Below, piece after piece: positions 1-13,149 of a stretch of 64,000 bases of DNA; the first letter of the stretch is position 1; each line of letters opens with the position of its first letter. The stretch lies in the NCBI GenBank assembly GCA_002269645.1, contig NIVC01001956.1, forward strand, positions 1 through 64,000, written 5' to 3'. The notes under the pieces are model-generated. The model did no database searches. It had not been told where the DNA came from and saw only the letters and a list, made by a program, of their open reading frames with translations. The position numbers and the translations under genes are program-made. The DNA comes from Macrostomum lignano (lineage: Eukaryota).

Positions 1-137
1 TAATGGAGCTACAAGTCTTTATAGGCTAGCCGAGGGGCATACGAAAGCACCATAAATGAGTGTGAAGATGTCACTTAGTCTCATGTTTCTTTTTCATTTT
101 GTGTCGTGCAGCATATAAAATGTGTTCAAATCTATTA

Positions 138-661
<524 letters not shown>

Positions 662-1234
662 AATCAGCGAGAGAGAGAGAGAGACTAATCAGCTAAGCCT
701 TGAGATTGGCGGGCGACCGTTGGTTGGAAATGCCAACAGGCAAGTCAAGCAACCCCCCCCCCCCGAGTGAAATCAAGCGCTACTTCCTACCGCCAACGTT
801 GAGGAAAATTTCTGCGCTGAGCCGCAGCTTTCCGCTCCATCTCCGGCAGTCAATTGATCATGAGATTGCCAGGCTTGAGCAAGGAGAACCCCCCACCGTG
901 GCAGTGGCCGCCAGTCAATCTCATAAATATTTGCTCAGTCTGCGGAGGACATGGAAGACTTGGTGCCAGGCCTGCGACATAATCCTAATCCGATGCAGTC
1001 ACGCCAGCCATAGGGCGCTGGGTGACGAAAAAGGTCAAACCAAGATGACGAATTGGCGCCGATCTACCATGCATTGAGCTGACAGCTCAGGCCAGGAAGA
1101 GGGCAGTAATGATTGAGTGGATTTATGACAAGCTGGAAAGGCCAGAAAAACTGCTGCGAGTGTAGAACTTTAGAACTCATCCTAAGGCCAGGGTCAGCAA
1201 ACTTTACCTCAAGGGCCAAATAAAGAACCGAGAT

Positions 1235-1429
1235 CAGTGGTTCACAACCTGTGGGTCGCGACCAACAATGGGGTCGGGTGACCATTTTTGGGGGGTCGCA
1301 GCACTAAGAAATGTGTGAGAACGTCATACTTAATGATGCATTATATTGATTATTAAAGGGGTCGCGAGCATTAAAAAATGATGCAAGTGAATAAATTGGG
1401 GTCGCCTGAAAAAAGGTTGAGAACCGCTG
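1235..1429. mobile_element. hAT (Charlie-type) MITE, 195 bp
   Basis: Left TIR CAGTGGTTCACAACCT and right TIR AGGTTGAGAACCGCTG (reverse complement CAGCGGTTCTCAACCT, 14/16). Flanking 8-mers ACCGAGAT (1227-1234) and ACCTAGAT (1430-1437) match 7/8, consistent with a hAT 8-bp TSD. Internal GGGGTCGC motifs. It appears inserted into an older hAT-like end starting CAGGGTCAGCAAACT at 1189. Confidence 0.85.
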
Positions 1430-1454
1430 ACCTAGATCATTGCTGCGGGCCAGG

Positions 1455-1835
1455 TGAGAGTGGGAAGGAGAGGGAATGGGGAGAAAAAAGAATAAAGAGG
1501 GAGATAAGAGCTAACAGAAGAGAGGAGAAGTGAGAGGCCAGATGAGAGATGCGATGAGGGAAAATATAAGAGAAAGAAGAGAGGAGAGATGAGAGGAGAG
1601 AAGAAATGAGATAAGAAAAGAGAAGAGGAGAGAAGAGAGAGAGAGAAGAGAGGAGAGATGAGATGAGAGAAGAAATGAGATAAGAAAAGAGGAGAGGAGA
1701 GAAGAGAGAGAAGAGAGGAGAGATGAGATGAGAGAAGAAATGAGATAAGAAAAGAGGAGAGGAGAGAGAGAGAGAGATGAGAGGAGGGAATAGAGGAGAG
1801 AAGAAAGAAGAAAATAGAGAGAAGAGAGCTGAGAA
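1455..1835. repeat. GA-rich degenerate simple repeat (GAGAA/GAGGA/GAGAT units)
   Basis: Purine-only tract on +. It explains the S/L/F pseudo-ORFs on -. Confidence 0.95.
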
Positions 1836-3297
1836 GAGACACACCAAATCAAGGTAGCCATTGTGAGTGGTTGGTCAAATTAGCTGAGCTCCTGTTAACC
1901 CGGCTGTGATAGGGACAGCGCCCTCCCCCCTGTCTCAGCACTGTAAAATGTGTGTACAGTATTTGGGTGGCGCCGCGCGATTTCAGCGGCTGTTACCTTA
2001 AATCTGTAAGCGGTTCAGGTGATTCTTTATATATATATACTCTCGTATCGCATTTGCTTACATTTTAAGATTTTTTTTGAATTTATCGAAGCTCTTACCG
2101 GTAAATATTACCAATGACAAGTAAAGTAATAAATTAAGTCTAAGAATACTCGTAGTTCATACACGAGACATTTGCGCTTTCTATCACGAAATGTAGTAAG
2201 TGCATCTCAGTGCACTGGGCAATGATGACGCAGAATATGCTAGGTGAGTTGAATGCACTATTACTACTGAACACGTGGGCTAGGAGAAGCACAAAACAAA
2301 ACTGCCTACTCTAGCAAAAGCTGGGGAATTCATTGACCCACAAAAAGCAGTGCGGAGCGACCTCTACTTGCCTTTATTGTGCTTTTTCAAGCAAAGCAAG
2401 ACAAAGGAGAAATAATAGTGCACAGGGCAGATGCAATCGATCTGCCGATATCAGATGTCCTCATTTGTATTAGCAAGGGGCTGAGCCTCGTGTAGGCTGG
2501 TGCAACACACGGGAGATGCGGCAAGTGCAAACCAAATGGTGGGTGCGTGTGAGGGTGGGCGACTAGGAAATGTCGCAGGTGAAATGCAAGAGAGGCACGG
2601 CAGGGAGGGGTCACTGATGCAAGCATTCATTTTCTCAGGTGCCTAGCTCTAGGACCTGCTAAATATCCCCAGGTCTGCTCAGTGGAACAGAAGATGAGTC
2701 AGCTAGCATTCGACTTTCGCCTTCTCACACCGTTACGTAACATTCTAAGCCAAGGCCTTAGACCTTAGGCCTTAGCCAAGGCAAAATCCTACTGTACATC
2801 GCTAAAAATGTACAGTAGGATTATAACTTCCCATTTACACGCGTGTATGGTATAGCAAAAATGAGCAGCTCATCAACCTTAACATGATACCCGCAACTAA
2901 CCCGTATCTCCTGTCTTTATGTGCAACAGAATTAAAGAAATATAAGTGTACCATGGCATTGAACTGGAGACGCAGATAAGGCAGTAAAACGCGAGAAGCG
3001 AGATTCAAAATTCAAAATTCAAAAGCGAGACCGGCAATTGCAAAGCAGGATCAGCAAGTTCTGCTATTCAGAAAGCAGACAGGCGTCTCTCTGTGGCAAG
3101 GCGAGTGGGGAGGACAGAGGGGAAGGGAGGGAGAGGAGGGGTTGGGAGTTGCAGTACTGCCAACCTCCTCCCTGCCAACCAACCGAAGCAGACAGGAAAA
3201 AATAAAACCGAATGGGCACAGGGGAAGAGAGGGAGAAGGGAAGAAGAGGTGACGTCCAGCAAACCGCCAGCCTGACGGATAAATTCAGGCAGGTCGC

Positions 3298-6200
3298 ATG
3301 CAGGCAAGTTGCAGACAGCACCAGCACCAGCAGGGACTGGACAAGGAGAAATCTTCGCTCCAATCGGAAGGAACCACGGAGTCGGCATCGAACGATCATA
3401 CTGACGCCGCCGCGGTGGAGGCATCGGCGAAGGCAACATCAGCGGCGGCGTCCGTAGCTTCAGTGACGGCGGACACGGAAGAGGTTGAAGTTGAGACGCT
3501 GGACGAGCCCGACAAGCCCAACCCTGTAGAGCAACAGCAGTCGAAACGAAAGTCGCAGCAGCGGCCGCAGCGCGTTGCTGGCGCCCTGCCCGGCTGCTTG
3601 CAGGCTTCAGCGGAAACATGGCGCCTGTGGAAAATGGAGACCAGGGTGCTGGTTGTCTGCACCGCAGTGGCTGCTGCCAGCGGTCTCCTGGTGGTGCTGG
3701 GCGCCTTCACCAACACCTGGGCGCGTCTCCAGATGGTGGCGGAGAATGGGCAGAATTTGACAGCTAGTCAGGGACTGTGGAAGCTTTCGTATAGCGGTAA
3801 GTCAGCTCAGATACGGAATAAAACCGGAGGAATTTGCATTTGAATCTGCTTGAGCTAAAGACTTTCTAAAAGTGAGCCTTGGGGTTTGTCGATGGAGAGT
3901 TGCTGATCATTTGGACAAAAATAATGGCAAAGATAAGCAGTTACAGAGACAAGGTGTACCTGCATATCAATCGATGTATTGCACCATTACCGAAGACACG
4001 ACAGCGGCGGATCGCGCGACTGCAATTCTATGTATGAGCTGAACTAAGATTCAGCCAATTTTTGTCAAACGCATTCGGAGAATCCGGTTCGGGCGCTATT
4101 TATAGGAATTAATTATGCTTCCCCTGACGTCGGGGCGCGCTAAAGAAAATTCACGCGAATTAGGCCCGGCCTCTTGGCGAGCAGACGAGAGCGGCGAAAC
4201 TGATCGGCGAAAGCCCCTACTTATCAAGGCAGCGGGTCGCCAGGTTCTCGAGAGGTGTGCTCGAGACTCGTCAACATCTCTAGTCCTCTGAGCCCAGTTA
4301 TTCCTTGAGATATATAAAATATGCTGAGTCCGTAATACCTAAGTTATTCTGAAATCTTTATGATGTTATAACGGTTGGATCAATTATTTATTGCTCATTA
4401 CTTTGGGCCCCGCGATGCAAATGGATGGAGACAAGCCAAGCCAGCTGTATGAATCCCAGTTTATTTAACCTCGACTGGGCCCGATGAATCCCGCTGTTTC
4501 TCTCTACAAGGTAAAAGCGATTGTGCAAGGGAAGGCTGGAGAGGCAGGGGGAAAATGTTACACAAATTCAGCAACCGCTTCGGTGATTCGGGTGCATCAT
4601 GCCCCCCCCCGCACCGAGCCCTCAATCCCTGAACTTCAAGAACAGGCAGACGAAAAGAAGCATTGACGGTCGGAGGGGATGGAGCCAGGTGTGCCGGGAC
4701 GCCTGGCTTTTGTATTCCCAGAATGCTGTTTCGGCAGGCACTGGAAATGCAGCCCCAATTTTCCAATCTAATGCCGCCCAACTGTGCAGAGATTGGGAAG
4801 AGAAACATTGCAGGAAGGATTTTTGGTTGAATTTAAGCATTCGGAAGCCTCAAAAGCGCGAACGTACCGATCATTTCTCATTTTTATACTTCTCTGTCCT
4901 CTGCCTGTCTTCAATAAGTATTTCCTGCACTCATTTTGCCTCAGAGTATTGGTTAGCGACTTCGATGAATGCTTTCAAGGCCAGCTAGGATTCAAGGCGA
5001 GCGGAAAGAAAGAATAATTTTCTTCCCACGAGCGATATGAGCAGCTCCCAGTGCCGTTTGCGTGACAATTCATCAAGGGTGCCGAATGCGTCAGTCAGTC
5101 TTTCAACCCGGATTTTTTTGGCTGCTGCGGTCTTGGAAATGTATGGGGAAATGGTTAAATATATAGAACAGGCCGTGTCAGAAAACTGGGATTTCAGCGG
5201 TTTAGCAGGATCAGAATGCGATGTCAATAATACTAGTGCAGAGGAAAACACAACACCGGAGATGTCCCAGGCACCTGATCTTTTAAAGTAGCATTCAGGT
5301 CAAACCGAGTAACTCCAAATTAAAGAGGATAGGTCGACAAAAGGAGCGATACAAAGGTTAGTAGGTCGCTTAACCCTCGCAGAGGAACAGTGAGAGCAAA
5401 CAGATTTTTAATATTCGAACGGGCTGAAGAGGCAGTGAATAAGGGAACTGAAAACCCGAGGCTGGTTGCGGCTGCCGATCTGATTAGCTGCATCACGGGA
5501 CTTGAGCAAAATCGGAGCTCATTTGCATGCTAGCTATGGCTCCTATAATTCCTTACAGCGCTTATACATGTAGTCGTAGATTTAGTCTCTAGAGACGCTG
5601 AAGTCAAGGGGTTCCGCGTGCCTCGACCCTTCCCGCCCTCCAGGCTCTAAATGGCACCGTAATCCTACTGAGATTGGCATCTCAGGAATAAAAAACGCTG
5701 GTTTCCTAAAAAGCCTCGCCTTCAAAAGCTATTCAAGTCTGACAGAAGTGGTGCAGGTCTTTGGTTTGCTTTTGATGCGACCTACAAACCAACAGACAGC
5801 TTATATGTGCTTTATCTGGCTCATAATAAGTTCTGAATATGCATGAATCAGAATGCCCACTATGATACCTTTCAACCGGATGTTCCGCACTTCAGTGGGC
5901 CAACAATCGTACGACTACGTGCTCATTCATCTGTTCGAGGATTCATACGAGAGAAAATTGGATCACACAATTACAGGTAAGATTTTTTCCAGCCGCTTTT
6001 CATACTGCTGGGTATAGCTTTTTCTAATACCTCATTGGAAGGTAAATACGTGCATAGCTCGTATAGGTAGATAGAGTGCGCGGTTTACAACAGAATTCTT
6101 CAGAACAAGTGGGCAAAATATAATTAACAGAAGAATAAATTTTCTCTTTCCCAAGCTCTGTCTGGTGTCTGGCCCAGCTAACGAAGTGAGCACAGCTGTG

Positions 6201-9200
6201 TAGCTTAGGAATCCAGCGAACAATTACTCTGAGTCCGTTTGGCTCCTAACTATAACTATGGGAATTTCTTAGAGTCCATATAAGGAGCTTATTTACTAGT
6301 ATAGAACAGTATGAGTACTTCTCAAATGCTCGTACTGTACTGTCTGTTTTAGTTTATCTCCGTCTCGCTCACTTTTCTTCTGTTATTACAAACTATTCCG
6401 CCTTGTAAGTACGAAAGTAGGAATTTTCATTACTCCAAGGATAAGGTCACAGCGTATAAAACAAAATAATAATAATAGTAATAAAAATAATTGATGACAC
6501 CTGCACTAATATGGGCAGATGTGCGACCGACAGCTCAGCCGCAGCTATTACGCGGTGCATCTGAAGGCTGTGTACGGCTGTTCAGTCCAAGGACTGGGGG
6601 GTCGCCACACACCTTCAATTACCCCAGCTAATGCTGGCACCCATTTTACAGATGGGTGAACTGAAGCAATGCAGAGTAAAGTGCCTTGCTCAAGGACACA
6701 AATTGTTCAGAGTGGGTCGAGAATCGAACCCCCGACCTTTTAGTCGTGAGCCTCCGTACCTAAAATAATAGCCGTAGCAGCTATTCTATAATTTACTGTT
6801 TACAAAGTAATGCCTGTGTGGATAGAGGGTTCATTGTGCATATTTTAGTTAGGAGCGAATTTCTCTGGCATTGAGAAGCATTAAGGCCCATCTAGTCCAG
6901 CTAATCGGCAAAGCTTCATTGTTTAAAGCTTTTCAGCAGCATAGAGGAGGGGTAAGAGGAGGAGAAGGAAATGGAGCAGCCTAGAGCGCTTCTCTGGTAC
7001 TGTTGCTGTGCTTGCCCCCGAAAGTCACATGCCTACGCACAGCTTCCCAGCAGAGGTTGGGAAGCTAAAACACAAGGCAGAAAACTACTCTACAGTTTCT
7101 ACAAGCCTGCAGTAGAAATAATGGGAAGGCAAACAGAACGAGACGCAAAAAAAGAGAGAAGCTGGGTCTGTCAGCATTGGTGGATAAACAGCTAATGCAT
7201 TAAAGGGAACATTTCAGTGCAAAGTAGCTCGCATGGGCAAACGATGCACACGAGGATTCTGCCTCATGGATGGTGTGGGTACATGGTAAATAGTAGCTCA
7301 ATGTTTTCGTGATATCTATATGCTTTGTACTTAATACCCAACTTCCACAGCTCTGTTGCGCACCACAGTCTCCTTTATTGGCATCAGTCTGCTGATGATG
7401 GTTCTATCCAACGTTTTCGCCGTCTATTCGTTAAAGCATCCGCGTTATACGTTCAAGAGAGCAGCCGCGGCGCTGTACGGAATGACTAGTGAGTACCCTA
7501 TATAAACACACTATGTCCAACATAATTCGCAATAAATCTGGGCCCACCGCGAGAGCATTTGTTTGCGGCTAGAAACAGAAAAATAGACACTTTTCCTTAG
7601 ACTAAAAAAATATTCAAGGTAAACAGTAGCCTAGGTATCCTCTAGAATCGATGGTTCTTGTACAAAGGAGAGACGAAAGACACCGAATAATAACAGAAGG
7701 ACGCGAAGATGTGACACGATGAAAAAGGTCGACTGGGGACAGTCCAAGCGGTGGGCTGGGAAAGGGAGGAAAAACAAGCTGGCATTCAGCAGCAGCAGCT
7801 GGGGTGTCATCACTTTCCGTTGCGCTTGACTGGCGATGCAGCCAGTTGGACCGAGTGCCAAGCTGCAGTTATACTGCTGTCTATATTCAAGATATCGTGG
7901 CTCCGCTGTGAGGTCGATTTTTCATTGGGATGACCTTAAAAGCCGCGTCTACTTTGCACAAACTGCCGCTTACCGGGGTCTCCTAACACATCTTAATAAT
8001 TGTGTACCGCATCGCTTCGATCTGATTTTCGTGTTGTACCTTGGCATTCCCAAAGAGCCTTACAGCAATCTTGTTTAGAAATCATTCTCCGAATGATTAG
8101 AATTGTTTCGAAACTATTCTTAGAATTTTCTCAGGAATCCAAGCTAATCTGATTAAAATCATGTCTCAACAATTTTTACGTTAAGGTCTTAAATGTTTTA
8201 AGACTTCCCTTTGGTCTGATTTGTAGATTACCGATCTTTTCGGTTTCGAATTTCCTTTGTTATTCGTCACACAAAAATGTGATTTTTCAACCGAAGCTTG
8301 CTTTTGTTCATTATTTTTCCTCTACCTTACCTTGCGTTCAAGATGTGGAAGACGATGCTCTAGCTCAGCGACAATGCGCCTGAATCGCTCCAGAGTAACC
8401 TCCAGAGTGTTCGATTTTTGTTTATCACGCATTTGCTTCTAGGTGGAAAAATGAGTTAGCAAAAATTTCGTTTTAGCTGTCAAATTTACGACCTCGTACG
8501 ATCCGCTCAGCAAGCATAGCCCACCCGAAAGCTTTGATTTAAACTCTGTAAGCGTCGCAAACTAAAGAAGAAACAGCAATTTAAGTATCAAAAACGCAGT
8601 TAATATCTTGGCACATGCCAGCCATCTACGCCAGTTCCCTACCTCTCTCTGTCACTCTCCCTTGATAGAAAATGTCATTCGTCCATACCGCCCTAAAGGC
8701 AAGTGGTTGAAGATGCCCGGCATAATATATGCAAGAAAATACGCAGCACTTCACTGCGGACTGATGTAGACGGACGGCATCGAGGCACAGTTGGTCCGGG
8801 TTCCCACAACCAAATCCTCTATTTCTCTCCCCTCGCCTCCCAATGACGTCCAGTTCAGTGTCCTGCGACACAGTTGATACACTTTAACATTAGGATATTC
8901 AAGGAATCCAGTTGCATATCGAGTGTACTTTCACTGAAGCCTTAGTTGGAATGTAAAAATGTTGTTCTTTAGAGCAATTTGATTGATGCTTTACGGAGAA
9001 TGCAAATCGTGCAGCTCAAAGACAAACGATGCATTAAGTACTACCGTGACAAAGTAAACGCTTTGCTATATGCCAATCAAAACCCCACCATTATCATACG
9101 CGCAGTGGCCTGCCTAATAGTCTGCGTAGATGTGTACACCCGGATGCTTCGCATGGAGAGATCAGAGAAGAAGCTGATCAGATTCCCGCGTCAGGGCGCT

Positions 9201-9443
9201 CTGGCTAGCGGCCTAGACGACAAGACAGTTGGCGGCACCGAGGATCCCCAGCGGATCAGCGTGCTGGTCGAGGTCAAGGCGTGGTCCTACAGCTACAGTC
9301 TCATAGTGGTTATCCTCTCAGCTGTGGCTAACGGCATGGCAGGCATTCTATTCTTCCTCTACAGCAAGAAGCTCAAGGGATCCAGAGCGCCAAATCAGAA
9401 GGTCGCGGAGGCCAACGAGGAATTCCTGATTGGTCGAGTCTGA
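3298..9443 (+). CDS. Claudin/PMP22/EMP/CACNG-superfamily four-TM protein, 4 exons: 3298-3796, 5896-5976, 7351-7488, 9106-9443
   Basis: All junctions are GT-AG and phase 1, and they splice in frame: ...METRVLVVCTAVAAASGLLVVLGAFTNTW...QGLWKLSYS/VGQQSYDYVLIHLFEDSYERKLDHTIT/ALLRTTVSFIGISLLMMVLSNVFAVYSLKHPRYTFKRAAAALYGMT/MACLIVCVDVY...WSYSYSLIVVILSAVANGMAGILFFLYSKKLKGSRAP...EEFLIGRV*. Four hydrophobic segments, W-x17-GLW in loop 1, and a YS.S motif before TM4. Start at ATG 3298 (first in frame) or ATG 3634. Confidence 0.88.
6466..6766 (-). mobile_element. tRNA-derived CORE-SINE copy (5' head partly deleted) with (TTA)n-like tail
   Basis: Reverse complement of the 13150-13440 element over ~270 bp. 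Retains the B box (GGTTCGATTC) and the CORE-like block. The AATAAT run at 6466-6490 is the 3' tail. Confidence 0.8.
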
Positions 9444-12400
9444 CTGCACCTGCTAAGACTTTGCTGCTCAGCTTACGGATAAAGGATAGGATATGGTAGG
9501 TTGCTACTTGAGGCAGATTGTCAGTGGCTACAATAACATCACTTTCATAAATTATTAATCCACCAGTTTCTTTATTCCATGCCGCAGATCTGCCTCCTGT
9601 CACAGAGAAGTCCAACGAGTGCCCGACTCAAACATAAAAAATCCGCCAACAGTTGAAAACAGGAAGCTCAACTGCATAGAATTGAGAATAGCGGCTGAGC
9701 AAAGCGCTTGAGTTGTTTCTCAACTGGCTTACATTTAATCTAAAATATGAAATTTGTATTCACCAACACGCGCTTGTGTGCGCGACTGCTTTTTTGCACC
9801 ACTTGCTTGTAATTTTCTATCTTGAATAATTATGCTACTTCTTATCCAAAGCATGCATGCCCCAACCTGTGTGTCGATACACATAGCCTCCTGGTGCGTG
9901 AAACTTTAGAGCATTGGCCAAAAAATTTGTTTTAACTAGTCGGCTTGGATAGAAGGCTTGGCTGACTGTGACAGTAAAGTTTACGCTCGTACCTTATGCA
10001 TCGCATCAATGTTGAAAAGTCTTCAGTGGTACTAGCAGTCATTAGTCAGAATGAGCAGTGGATTATAAATATAGAAACTTCTTCCACATACTAAGCAAGT
10101 GCGAGCTGTTTACATGGGCCGATAAGTTTGGGAAACAAGCCAAAACGAGCGAACTACATTGGATAGGACGTATATTAATCCACTATATAAACCTAGTCGG
10201 CTATAACCCGATCTATCAAGCAACTTTTCATAAATAGCGAGGCACACTATCGTAACTATAAGCTAATTAGAACCAGAGAAACTGATCTATCAACTTTTGA
10301 GCACGTCTCTCTGCAATCGCGACCTCTATAAAAAGTTTACGTCAAGAAATACTAAAAGATGATCTATGGCGGCTTTTAATGATAAGAAACATATCATATG
10401 AATACTGCAAATGATGTATGATAAAAGAATCCTTTCCGCATTGCCATAATCTTTGCATGACTGTATAAAATTGTTTAGTATTCTATCCTACATAGCGCGT
10501 AACTGTACCCTTGCACAATCATCAGTGTTACTATCCTCGTCTATTGAGTTTTACCACATTGTTGAATAAAATTAAAAACCCGACAATACAACCATACCGT
10601 TTTACCGTTTTACAGCGTACAACATTTAACTGGTTTGCGTCTTCACTTTAATGCGCGACTAAAAAAGAAATTACCTGGCTGATGGGATATAAGCAGAACT
10701 AAAAAGGTAAAACTACTCAAAGTTACAAGCATCAGGCACATAACCACAGTTACTTTTTGATTGCATTCATTCAAATTGCATACACCAGTCAAAACTACCC
10801 CCAAGGCCATCCAAAAATACCGATAGCATTAATTTGCTAACGATAGAATTAATTAAGGCTGGCAGGCAGGCACACGAGCCGAGCTCGATGGGACTTCCGA
10901 GGCTTGGCAGTCGCAGGTTCGATCGGAACTAATTGGGGCGAAAGCACCGGGCGTGCTCAGGGCAGAGCAGCAGGGCTTGAACGCTGAGTGAGTAGGTAAA
11001 TCCTCCCCTGAGAGTTGCTGCTGCTGCGTGGCGAGCTGCTGCCAGCCAGAGAGGAGGAGCCAAGGATTTCAGATGGGACGAAGCATCATGGGATTTTAGA
11101 CATGGGATAAAGCAGAAAAGTGAAATCTCACACCAAATCAGAGGCGTAATTTTTTGGACCAGACTAGTCAGCCAGGACTCTGAGGTGAACATCGACTCTC
11201 AAAGAAATCTTAAGCTCTGAAGAAAAAGAAGAGAGTTGAGAAGAGACACAAACCTTGAGCGCGCCGGATTGCTATTGTGAAGCTTTAAAGGACCCGAGGG
11301 TCGGATAGAGAGGCTTCACGGGCTGCATGTGGCCCCTGCATTAGAGTGTTAAATTACGAAGCGTTGAAACTAATCGGATTATTATAAAGATGATTGCACC
11401 AGCGGTCTTGGGATAATATCAGTTCCCCTGTTCAGGTACGCTTATACATGTACACCTCTGAAAGTTTATAGCTTAACCTCAACCAAAAAAGCTGTTTAAG
11501 TAGAAGGTAAATTACTTTAAAAGTGCCCTCTGATAAAGATGTCCACAGAGTAAACATTTAATGTTGAATTGAATAGCACAAAATCAAATGCTTCTACTCA
11601 AAGTAGCCCGTATTGCCATCAAAATTGCAAGGCCAATTAAATAAAACTTGAAAACTTGGTTTAAAGTATCCCTTTTAATTTAAAAAATTACTGACTTAAT
11701 CGCACAACGCACTACTGAATAGAAAATGCCATAGGCTATTTACAGGGTGAACTCGTATCTATAATATCTACGTGGCATTTCAGATAATAATTTCATCTTT
11801 CCTAAGATAGCCAGTTCTCTAGGACAAAGAAACTGCAAAATAAAAAACACAGAAACGATTTTTCTCCATGAAAATTGCCGATTTTTCTGTGTTCCAAGTA
11901 AAATTGGCAATAAAATAATTTATTATTAATAAATTTTATAATAGAGGCATTAAAAGTCAATCAACCAAACTAGACGGGACAACAATAGACAGAATAATAA
12001 ATAATATTTTTGCGCAACCAATACAATTAGCAGCAAAGTCTCCGAGCACTGCACCGACTGTTCTGCAACGAATTTCAGAAAAGAAATTCTACAGCGATGC
12101 CTGTGCGAGAGTTGAGAAGCAAACAGAATGACAGACAGAGCACACGTTGCAGCGCATTAAAGCTATAACATAAAATTGAAATAAAGCTGTGTGGAATAGC
12201 ATGAAAACCGTGTGCGCTGTGTTTGCATTCTGGCCGAAGACAGTCACGGCCGGACACACAGAAGACACCTGTCAGTACGGAATTAAGTCGACACTCGAGC
12301 CGCTACACAGAGCGCAATGGAAAAGGAAAGAAACATCCAAAAAAGGAAAAGAAGGCGGACCAGGAAAGCTTGTTCTTGCCTTCGCAAAACGAATTGGCAG

Positions 12401-12836
12401 GAATAATTTCTTCGAAGTAGTTTAACGATAATTTTTGTTCATTGCATTAAATAGTATAATAAAATCATATATTGGTTGAATCGATTTCAACGACAAAACA
12501 AAAGATACAGTACAAAGACCGGCTTACGAATCCCAAAGGCCCCAGGCAGACTATATAGAATGGTCAAAGCTTCAGAGCTTCGCTGACAAATTCTCCCAAA
12601 ACGACAAAACAAAAGGAAATAAATCAGAACGTCAAGACTAAAGCTTTCACAAATACAAATAACATCTAATGACTATTATTTTCTGGAATTCCAAAACAGC
12701 CAAACAGAATAAGTACAGTACAAAACTTATTGTGATGTCCCATGTCCTAAAATTTGAAAAAAATGCTAGCAAAACAAACAGAAAAGTCAGTTCAATGAAT
12801 TGCTGTTAACTCTATTCGATGCAGTTCGAATTTCCT

Positions 12837-13073
12837 TCATCGAGCTTTCTTGACCTGGGCGGGCTGGCCGCCTTTCTTGGCCATCTCCTTCTCCCTGCGC
12901 TGCTGCTTGAGCTTGCGCTTACTCTCGGCCGCCTCCCGCTTATCCTTGTGGTGCTTATAGAAGCGATAGCCGAAGAACATCATCAGGGCCACGACTACCA
13001 TGGCTGGCAAAATGAAAATGGCATTGTCAATGCCCTCCTTGACCGGGCTCTTCGGATTGTTCAGGTCCACCAT
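12837..13073 (-). CDS. 78-aa single-pass membrane microprotein with basic C-terminal tail (uncharacterised)
   Basis: MVDLNNPKSPVKEGIDNAIFILPAMVVVALMMFFGYRFYKHHKDKREAAESKRKLKQQRREKE... GC-rich coding-like island in AT-rich DNA. Strong acceptor TTTCCAATTTCCAG 20 nt before the ATG (exon starts 13093). One TM helix followed by a K/R-rich helix. Confidence 0.8.
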   Translation of the reverse strand: MVDLNNPKSPVKEGIDNAIFILPAMVVVALMMFFGYRFYKHHKDKREAAESKRKLKQQRREKEMAKKGGQPAQVKKAR

Positions 13074-13149
13074 TCGCGAGCCGATTCGGGGAGCTGGAAA
13101 TTGGAAATGACAAAATTAATTGAGATTCAAACACTGGGGGCCTTTCGTA

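Noticed and set aside
700-1077. 125-aa ORF containing KYLLSLRRTWKTWCQAC, faintly like a tyrosine-recombinase N-terminal helix
   Set aside because: Only a loose motif; no catalytic R-H-R-Y residues or element structure nearby.
4461-5291. Several overlapping 60-130-aa ORFs in intron 1 of the claudin-like gene
   Set aside because: No recognisable domain, and not needed for the in-frame splice path. Possibly decayed TE sequence.
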